Below are positions 31,617 through 40,292 of a DNA stretch of 40,292 bases, piece by piece. A program made the position numbers and the translations under genes. The notes under the pieces are model-generated. The model had not been told where the DNA came from. It searched no databases and saw nothing but the letters and a program-made list of their open reading frames with translations. The DNA lies in the NCBI RefSeq assembly GCF_001194135.2, contig NC_068983.1, forward strand, positions 68,998,313-69,038,604. The letters are read 5' to 3'. The DNA comes from Octopus bimaculoides (Eukaryota). Each line of letters begins with the position of its first letter. The first letter of the stretch is position 1.

Positions 31617-32959
31617 GTTCTCCTTTAATGTATGTATGTATATATATATATATANNNNNNNNNNNNNNNNNNNNNNNNNNNNNNNNNNNNNNNNNNNNNN
31701 NNNNNNNNNNNNNNNNNNNNNNNNNNNNNNNNNNNNNNNNNNNNNNNNNNNNNNNNNNNNNNNNNNNNNNNNNNNNNNNNNNNNNNNNNNNNNNNNNNNN
31801 NNNNNNNNNNNNNNNNNNNNNNNNNNNNNNNNNNNNNNNNNNNNNNNNNNNNNNNNNNNNNNNNNNNNNNNNNNNNNNNNNNNNNNNNNNNNNNNNNNNN
31901 NNNNNNNNNNNNNNNNNNNNNNNNNNNNNNNNNNNNNNNNNNNNNNNNNNNNNNNNNNNNNNNNNNNNNNNNNNNNNNNNNNNNNNNNNNNNNNNNNNNN
32001 NNNNNNNNNNNNNNNNNNNNNNNNNNNNNNNNNNNNNNNNNNNNNNNNNNNNNNNNNNNNNNNNNNNNNNNNNNNNNNNNNNNNNNNNNNNNNNNNNNNN
32101 NNNNNNNNNNNNNNNNNNNNNNNNNNNNNNNNNNNNNNNNNNNNNNNNNNNNNNNNNNNNNNNNNNNNNNNNNNNNNNNNNNNNNNNNNNNNNNNNNNNN
32201 NNNNNNNNNNNNNNNNNNNNNNNNNNNNNNNNNNNNNNNNNNNNNNNNNNNNNNNNNNNNNNNNNNNNNNNNNNNNNNNNNNNNNNNNNNNNNNNNNNNN
32301 NNNNNNNNNNNNNNNNNNNNNNNNNNNNNNNNNNNNNNNNNNNNNNNNNNNNATATATATATATATATATATATATACACACGAGGGTACGCTGATGAAT
32401 TTCTGTTTTTAAGGGTGTCTCGAAAGGCCTGGCTGGAGTCCCAACCTTCCGAATTCTTTTACAGGGTTGAGAAAAACTGAAGGACTGTTGTAATAAGTGT
32501 GCGAATCTGAGTGGGGAATATGTTCAATGAACTTATAATTAGCATTTTCCCGTATTTTTTTAACCAAAAACCAGTAGCTTTTCAGCCACCATATATATTT
32601 GTTGTTAAGGCTACCATTGGTTTTATGTTAAGATATTAAGATATTTTTCTTAACATGAAAGCCTCAATACACAAATAAAGAAATTTTATCCACCAATGCG
32701 GTGCTCAGCACTCATTCTCGTCGTTCGACATTTACGTATATATATATATGTATGTACACAAACACACGCACACACACACATACATGCATACATTTATGTA
32801 CATACACACATATATATACATACATTTATGTACATATATACATATATATATATGTATATATATATATATGGGAGAATATACAAAAAATAACAACAGACGA
32901 GGACAGGTGGTGTAAATAACAAAAGTATATATTAGTATGACGCTCGGGAATACGGAAAG

Positions 32960-32996
32960 TCTTTGACGTTTCGAGCTACGCTCTTCAACAGAAAGA
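32960..32996 (-). ncRNA. Minimal hammerhead-like motif with a variant core
   Basis: Minus strand TCTTT-CTGTTGA-A-GAGC.GTA.GCTC-GAAA-CGTC-AAAGA: 5-bp stem I, 4-bp stem II, GUC site; core A6>U. Confidence 0.55.
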
Positions 32997-33589
32997 ATAC
33001 GGAGACAAGGAGAAAAACACGGAGAAAAAAAATTGAATATATATATATACATACATTTATGTACATATATACATATATATATATGTNNNNNNNNNNNNNN
33101 NNNNNNNNNNNNNNNNNNNNNNNNNNNNNNNNNNNNNNNNNNNNNNNNNNNNNNNNNNNNNNNNNNNNNNNNNNNNNNNNNNNNNNNNNNNNNNNNNNNN
33201 NNNNNNNNNNNNNNNNNNNNNNNNNNNNNNNNNNNNNNNNNNNNNNNNNNNNNNNNNNNNNNNNNNNNNNNNNNNNNNNNNNNNNNNNNNNNNNNNNNNN
33301 NNNNNNNNNNNNNNNNNNNNNNNNNNNNNNNNNNNNNNNNNNNNNNNNNNNNNNNNNNNNNNNNNNNNNNNNNNNNNNNNNNNNNNNNNNNNNNNNNNNN
33401 NNNNNNNNNNNNNNNNNNNNNNNNNNNNNNNNNNNNNNNNNNNNNNNNNNNNNNNNNNNNNNNNNNNNNNNNNNNAGAGAGAGAGAGAGTATGATATTTG
33501 TATAAATTAGTGCATCTATTTAAATAAAAATAAAATAGTTTGAAAGCTATGATGCAAATTAATATTGCTTTCCTTTCAAATTGTATTTG

Positions 33590-34621
33590 GCTTCGAGAAC
33601 TATGTTGAACTTGGACGGATTAAAAAAATGGAAGTAGCTTGAAGAGAGGAAAAGCAAGGTGGTGGTCTACAAAGTCTGCATAGGCAGGAATTACAAGGCC
33701 ATTGTTGGTAACTTAATATGCACCCATTGGCTACAGTCCAGAGGGTGAGGCAGGAGTTAGAGGACAGTAAGTTTGACGTTGACACTGGCTGCGGGGAAAA
33801 CTCATAATCGCAGTAAAGAAAGGGCGAGAAATGCTGATGTCATCCAGAAAGTTGAGCCGTTAATTGAGGAAGACCTCCTCCATTGTGATACACGAGATTG
33901 CCAGACAACTGGACTATGATGAGGAGACTGTTAGAACTTGTGTGAATGAAGACCTTTGTTACAAGTGTTACAAAATGGAAGCAGGACAGCTGCTCACTCA
34001 AATGTTCAAGTAGAACCGCATGAACAGGGGCAAGAAGAAGGTGTTGAATAAACTGTGGCATCCTTTGGAATCAAACATGTGGTTTTTCTTAGATGGAAAA
34101 GAAATCTTTTACCAGAACACGGCACACAAAAAGCAGAATAACAGGTGGTTACTAGTTAGCCTGCATCATGTTCCTAGGGCCATGAAGACTAAGTTTCCTG
34201 TACACATCATCGTTTCCGGCGCGATCAGAGTGAGAAAAATGTCATGACCCCTCACTCCTTTAAATGAACCTGAAGGTGAACCAGGATGTGTATCAGGGGG
34301 TTCTGGAGACTGTGATGAAGTCCTGGACTCAAGAGACATGTATTCTGCACCCGCATACATGGCCAGGAAGACTCAAAAGTGGCTCGAGATAACTTCTTTA
34401 CGACCATGCCAGCCCAGTCATGTGGGCTTCTAACTCTCCAGACTGAAATCCTCTGGACTATTTTTCTTATGGCGCGGTCGAGCAAGTAATCAACAAGACT
34501 GCCTGCTACAAAGATGAGCTGAAGCAGCACTTCTGTCAGACATTCTAAAATTTGTCAGCTACAACCGTGAAATGCGCCTTTCTCGATTCCACGGTCGCCT
34601 GGTGGGGGTTATATCGAATAA
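33590..34621 (+). mobile_element. Tc1/mariner-superfamily transposase pseudogene (DD37D/maT-like by memory)
   Basis: HTH-like IHEIARQLDYDEETVRTCVNEDL; WFFLDGK..QNNRWL..VPRAMKTKFP; NLKVNQDVY; SAPAYMARKTQKWL; SNSPD*NPLDYF; RFHGRL..GGYIE* (TAA at 34619-34621). Frameshifted; TIRs not identified. Confidence 0.88.
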
Positions 34622-34625
34622 TTAA

Positions 34626-35224
34626 GGCGCAGAAGTGGCTGTGTGGTAAGTAGCTTGCCTACCAACCACATTGTTCCGGGTTCAGTCCCACTGTGTGGCA
34701 TCTTGGGCAAGTGTCTTCTATTATAGCCTCGGGCCGACCAAANNNNNNNNNNNNNNNNNNNNNNNNNNNNNNNNNNNNNNNNNNNNNNNNNNNNNNNNNN
34801 NNNNNNNNNNNNNNNNNNNNNNNNNNNNNNNNNNNNNNNNNNNNNNNNNNNNNNNNNNNNNNNNNNNNNNNNNNNNNNNNNNNNNNNNNNNNNNNNNNNN
34901 NNNNNNNNNNNNNNNNNNNNNNNNNNNNNNNNNNNNNNNNNNNNNNNNNNNNNNNNNNNNNNNNNNNNNNNNNNNNNNNNNNNNNNNNNNNNNNNNNNNT
35001 GTGTGTGTGTGTGTGTGTGTGTGTGTCCCCTAGCATTGCTTGACAACCGATGGTGGTGTGCTTATGTCCCCGTCACTTAGCGGTTCGGTAAAAGAGACCG
35101 ATAGAATAAGTACTAGGCTTACAAAGAATAAGTCTGGGGTCGATTTGCTCGACTAAAGGCGGTGCTCCAGCATGGCCACAGTCAAATGACTGAAACAAGT
35201 AAAACAGTAAAATAGTAAAACAGT
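34626..35224 (+). mobile_element. tRNA-derived SINE family C, full length, gap in its central microsatellite
   Basis: GGCGCAGAAGTGGCTGTGTGGTAAG (A box), GGGTTCAGTCCC (B box), GCATCTTGGGCAAGTGTCTT, (GT)n, and 3' GGCGGTGCTCCAGCATGGCCACAGTCAAATGACTGAAAC with an 8-nt repeat tail. Confidence 0.92.
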
Positions 35225-35649
35225 ATACACAGGTCCGCTAACTCCATGTATCTTGAATTTTCAATAAATCTTACAAGATACAGATTTTATGCACTTATTC
35301 CCTGAACAGCCGGCCGCTCCAATTCTTCGTCCGCACGCCATCAGAATTTAAAATCAAAGCACAAAGGCTGTAACTCAGCTGTTTCTGCAATTAACTACAC
35401 TAGATACTCCTAAGAAGAGTGAAGAGAGGAATATGGAAAATAAGTGGTATATCAAAATAAATGTTTTGTGATATATTTATTTCAGTTCACCTACACCTGC
35501 AGTTCAAATCTCATTAACCTCAGTTGGGTTTTACAATTAATAAAACATACTGCACAAAAATGTTGCCATAGTGCCTAGTTAAAAGAAATGAATAGTAATT
35601 TCTTACCTTAGTATATTGTCTTACAGCTACAAGTCTACAAATTTGTGTA

Positions 35650-35800
35650 GCATAGATTTAGTCGGCCATAAAAAATTGCTGGCTCATATTTTATCAACCA
35701 GAAGCGGATGAGATATCGACTCGATTCTGGCAAAATTGTAAGTTAGAATGTAGGCGGAGACTTCTAAAAACTAAGGAGGCATTTAATCCCGTGTCCTACT
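35650..35800 (-). mobile_element. Highly degraded SINE family A copy
   Basis: TAGTCG..CTGGCTCATATTTTATCAACC..GGATGAG..TCGACTCG..TTAGAATGTA follows the order of motifs in better copies. Confidence 0.45.
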
Positions 35801-36360
35801 GTTTTATGCTATTTCTAATGATTTATAATTCTGTTTGAGCTCGTGTATGTCTATATAAAACCTACTGTTGTAATGGAGATTTCACAGAGAAAATAACGGT
35901 TACCCTTTCACGTAACCTACCCCGGCAGTATTTCTGGGTAAAATTAAGCTCGTGTATGCTTTCGTATAAACCAAGGGTTACAGAAATTTAGAATCCTACA
36001 CCCTAAAGTTGTTTGATATTGTTTGTATAAAACATTATTGCAGCTTCGGTGATGTAGATATTAAGATGTAACGACATTTTAAAGTCAGAATCACTGAGTG
36101 GGGAATATGCGCTCTAATGGTGCCATTTAATCCTTTGTACCCCGGTGAAGACTAGTAGGATTTACTTACAGTTGCACAATTCATCCATATTCCGACGGAA
36201 ATTGACAGCTTTCTAGCTTTACACTTGGTGTGTGAATGCATATGTATATGCCTGTAGAATTATGTGAGCGTGTCTCTTTAATGTATGTGTGTGTACATAC
36301 ATACATACATACATGTGTGTATGTGTGTGTAATTGGGTATCAACTGCTTCCATGCTAGTT

Positions 36361-36422
36361 GTTATCAGTAACCAAGTATCCATGGGAAGCTGCTATCTGT
36401 TATCAGTAGTCAACTTCAAAAG
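36361..36422 (+). repeat. Unclassified dispersed repeat, copy 2
   Basis: Shares ordered blocks with 24948-25014. Confidence 0.7.
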
Positions 36423-37152
36423 AGTGTTACGGAAGGATTAGCAACATTATTAACAGTAAGTTAAATTTATCAGCTAAAAGCTATGGTTAAGATATTTGAT
36501 ATGAATAATGACTGATAATTTGATATCAACACCTCCAGCAATTGCATATAACTTGATATCAATGAGAGCAGTAATTTTACCATAGAGCTCAGTCGAAGCG
36601 AGTCAATATTATTATCGGTTTAGATCTCTGATCGAAAGTCATTTCAATTCACTTATATTGCCTAAGTTTAAAATAAGCCATGAAGGCCACACTTTCTCAC
36701 TTGGTCTTCTCTAGAAATTTAAGCATGTGTGTTTAGTTGAAGAGAAAGCAGTATAAATCTGAACAGTTATAGTACGCTGGGATATAGCAATAATAATACC
36801 AATGGAATATTTCTTGATATAGCCCCAATATCGAAAGATATACTGTGAGATATAGGGATATTCACTCTAGCAGTATGAGAGTAAATGCCATTCGAAAAGA
36901 TATCTATTGAAAAAATCGTTAGAAATCGTGGAAAAGATGGATTAAACACAAAGACAAAAAGAAAAAAAGATGACATGAAATAGATTTAAAATTTTATTTT
37001 CAATAGAATAAAAAATGTGAACATTTTTAGGTACAGTGTAGTATTTAATGTATGAGAGCATTGCAGCTTCCTTCACAGTTCTTTGTTGTGTAGTACCCGT
37101 TATTGTTAAATATGGTTCTTTACATTACCGTTATAGTTTACTTTGTAGCATC

Positions 37153-37748
37153 TTCGGTTGTGGGGCCTCAAAATTTCAGCGCATTACTATTATTATCACA
37201 ATACCTTCAGTTGTGGTACCTTAAATTTCAGCGCATTAACATCATTATTGCGGTTGTAGTACCTTCAGTTATGGTATCGTAAATTTCGGCGCATATATAT
37301 TTCTATACTATTGCAATTCGTGGCACTCCGTCGGTTACGACGACGTGGGCTCTAGTTGAACCGATCAACGGAACAGCCTGCTCTTGAAATTAACGTGTAA
37401 GTGGCTCAGCACTCCACACACACGTGTACCCATAGCGTAGTTCTCGGAGAGATTCAGCGTGACACAGCGTGTGACAAGGCTGGCCCTTTGAAATACAGGT
37501 CCAACAGAAACAGGAAGAAAGAAAGAAAATTGTGGTGAAAGAATACAGCAGGGTTCGCCACCACCCCCTGCCGGAGCCTCGTGAAGCTTTAGATGTTTTC
37601 GCTCTATAAACACTCACAACGCCCAGTCTGGGCATCGAAACCACGAGTCCACTTTGACCGCAGGTCCACTGCCCTAACCACAGGGCCATTGCGGCTCCTC
37701 ACTTTTTCAATACCTTCATTTGTAGTACCTTAAATTTCAGTGCATTAA
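37153..37748. repeat. Degenerate 53-58-bp tandem repeat (4 units) split by a SINE
   Basis: Core TTCAGTTGTGGTACCTTAAATTTCAGCGCAT at 37153, 37206, 37264 and about 37715. Confidence 0.8.
37320..37702 (-). mobile_element. SINE family B, older diverged copy
   Basis: Collinear with 4492-4874 but with more substitutions; no clear TSD. Confidence 0.9.
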
Positions 37749-38705
37749 TATAACTATTACTCTATGTTAGTATTACTAGTACTACATATTGTTGTAATCT
37801 TTTGCTTAATCTAATTATAATCATCTTTCATTACTTTTTTTTATATTTGGACAGAGCTGTAATCTAGAAATGCTGCAATTGATCAATAATAGAAAGAATA
37901 CATATTGTAAAAGAGTAACATTTATGGTGTTATTGCTGTTGTTTAACCATGATTCAGAATCTGTTACTGAAGGCATTTTAGTTAAGGTGAATTAGGAGAC
38001 TACATAATGTAACATGTTTTCCTATATTTAAGATAGCAAGGCATAATTTGAGGAATAGTCAGCTGCTATTTATAGCAGGTCAAGTGGCCGTGGAAGGTTC
38101 CCTTGTTGGTTCGTGTAGTTGTAATGGCTGATAGACGTACAGTACATTGAACAAGATATAACACATCCGTGCCTCATAGCTGTTGCGGCCTGCCATTTCG
38201 AAGTTGCCATCTTGTAGCTTCGGCCAATACATAGCAATGTTATAAAGAGAACTAAAACATTTGTATAGCTCATCGGCCATTTTGTTGTTTTGTGTTTAAA
38301 CAGTTACTGTGACGAGGTACAGTTTCTGCCGTAGGCGGCGGAGAAACAACATAACTGATGAGTGTCTTGTTATCTTTCCGAGCTGAAATAAAATCTTTTT
38401 AAAGGTAAAAAACATGCACAGTGGGAAAAAGGGAATACAAGGACATCAAAAATAGCAACTAGAACAACATCATCAATAATCACAAGGTACAGGTGGAAGA
38501 GTTATGTAAATAGACAGTGTCGTGAAGATTTTAGAGGGGAAGAAAGTTAAAGAGAGAGACAGAGACAGAGAGAGGGGGGAGAAGGAGAGGGAGGGGAGAA
38601 GGGAGAGCTGGAGAGAGAGACAGAAGAAATATAGAGATAAGCAAACAGAATTATCGATTGTTGGGAGAAAAGCCATAATATAAACCAACGAAAAGCATTT
38701 TGGAA

Positions 38706-38733
38706 CAAAAGTTTCTCTCGAACAGTAATAATG

Positions 38734-38791
<58 letters not shown>

Positions 38792-38836
38792 TAATAACAA
38801 CAATAGTTATTATTATTATTATTCAGGTCTTGTACC

Positions 38837-38871
<35 letters not shown>

Positions 38872-38885
38872 TAATAACAACAATA

Positions 38886-38930
<45 letters not shown>
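38706..38930. repeat. (AAT)n/(TTA)n compound microsatellite with an 80-bp duplication
   Basis: GATAATAACAACAATAG at 38790 and 38870, each between (AAT)n and (TTA)n. Confidence 0.9.
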
Positions 38931-38931
<1 letters not shown>

Positions 38932-39018
38932 GTCAAGACGAAGAGTGCGATTTTAGATGTTTTATTTTTTGAACAATATTTCGATAGAACGTCTGTCTTT
39001 CTCAAGTTCAAACCAAAA

Positions 39019-39189
39019 GGTGATTGAAAATTCAAAATTTCAAAAACCAAACGTAAACTATGAACGTGAGTAACCAGCGTCCATACGTTGATGGAATGAC
39101 ATCATCAGTTTTGTCAGTTTTTTAATAAGCAGAAAGAAAGAAAAAGGAAGTTTACGTTTGGTTTCTGAAATTTTGAATTTTCAATCACC
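39019..39189. repeat. 41-bp inverted repeat (40/41) with an 89-nt spacer; foldback/MITE-like
   Basis: 39019-39059 is the reverse complement of 39149-39189 except at one position (39165). Confidence 0.9.
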
Positions 39190-39199
39190 TGAACGACGT

Positions 39200-39810
39200 A
39201 ACAGAAGCAATGACATTCACCAAGCAACAAGCTATTGCCACTAGAGATGTTGAAATAAATAACTACAACTCCTACGATATCACTAATGACACTTCTGTTG
39301 TGTGTTTCTTGAAACAATACACAACACTAAATAAGGATATTGTATGCAAGTTCCAACGAACTATTTTTGGAGACTCAATAACGTAGAAAGAACTGCTCTA
39401 TATACGTCTAGCCATCCGATTTCAAGAAAATACTGTGGTACACATCCACCTGTCTTAGAAAATTACAAAATGAAAAACAAACCCCACAAAAACTATGTAA
39501 CTTGAGCATACAAAGAGAACTCAACATAATAAGCCTGACATCATTTTCCATGACAAAAATGACAATGATGTACTAATTAACGACATAGTAATACCAAAAT
39601 GACACTTTATATTGTGTTAGACCGAGCTGAACAGCCAGGGAAGTAAATCGACCAAGTTGTTGAACTAAAAATAGTATGATAGTTAAAGAACGTGTCCTTC
39701 TCATTTGTAATTACTAGAACTGGAATGAGACACCATTACTTCTCTAAATACACTGAGAGACTAGTTGCAAGTACAGGCCTAGACACGTCCCGGATAATAA
39801 CAATAGTGGG
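39200..39810 (+). mobile_element. Fourth R4/Dong-like LINE 3' fragment, very degraded
   Basis: QQAIATR, ETIH, PPVLENYKMK, HNKPDIIFHDK..VLINDIVIP (PD..D), ELKIV, FVITRTG, TSRII; followed by (GTA)n(TAA)n. Confidence 0.6.
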
Positions 39811-39837
39811 ATTTGTAGTAGCAGTAGTAATAATAAT

Positions 39838-40050
39838 CCTTTCTACTATAGGCACAAGGCCTGAAATTTGGGGGTTGGGTACTTGGCGATCACATTGAAG
39901 CCAGTGTTTTACTGGTACTTAATTTATCGACCCTGAAAGAATGAAAGGCAAAGGGTAACTCGGTGGAATTTGAACCCAGAACGTAAAGACGGACGAAATG
40001 CCGCAAAGCATTTTGCCCGGCGCGCTAACGATTCTGCCAGCTCACAGCCT

Positions 40051-40052
<2 letters not shown>
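39838..40052 (-). mobile_element. SINE family A, full length
   Basis: CCTTTCTACTATAGGCACAAGGCCTGAAATTT...GATTCTGCCAGCTCACAGCCTTA; TAA repeats on both sides. Confidence 0.92.
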
Positions 40053-40115
<63 letters not shown>

Positions 40116-40116
40116 G

Positions 40117-40175
40117 ACCCAGAACGTAAAGCATTTTGCCCGGCGCGCTAACGATTCTGCCAGCTCACAGCCTTA
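40117..40175 (-). repeat. Local duplicate of the SINE A head with a 20-bp deletion
   Basis: 40117-40131 = 39974-39988 and 40132-40175 = 40009-40052. Confidence 0.9.

Positions 40176-40292
<117 letters not shown>

Noticed and set aside
27404-35046. 250-345 aa ORFs spanning gaps
   Set aside because: They are made almost entirely of X from assembly gaps.
35838-35960. 12-bp direct repeat AGCTCGTGTATG about 109 bp apart
   Set aside because: Too short and with little flanking similarity to define an element or TSD.
38356-38392. CTGATGA...GAAA, a possible hammerhead
   Set aside because: No stem II pairing and no NUH/stem I arrangement.

Overview
AT-rich, microsatellite-saturated eukaryotic DNA with 11 assembly gaps (about 3.7 kb of N). 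The repeat landscape resembles an octopus/coleoid cephalopod draft genome; this is an inference from remembered SINE families, not a database result. I see no intact host gene, and most long ORFs in the track are translations of microsatellites or Ns. The window is a graveyard of mobile elements. It holds three tRNA-derived SINE families (my labels A, B, C), four R4/Dong-like REL-endonuclease LINE pieces, three L1/Tx1-like pieces, a CR1-group LINE, a Penelope-like element with a second solo terminal repeat, a Tc1/mariner transposase relic, a hAT MITE and a decayed C2H2 zinc-finger array. The most interesting signals are: (i) several minimal hammerhead-ribozyme motifs, one apparently intact and supported by covariation, and one in a 231-bp unit that repeats into a gap; (ii) a SINE-LINE partner pair sharing a 3' stem-loop with a compensatory change; (iii) (TAA)n tracts that repeatedly collect stacked elements in fixed orientations; (iv) a 40/41-bp inverted repeat. 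All protein readings were done by eye. Element boundaries without TSDs are approximate.
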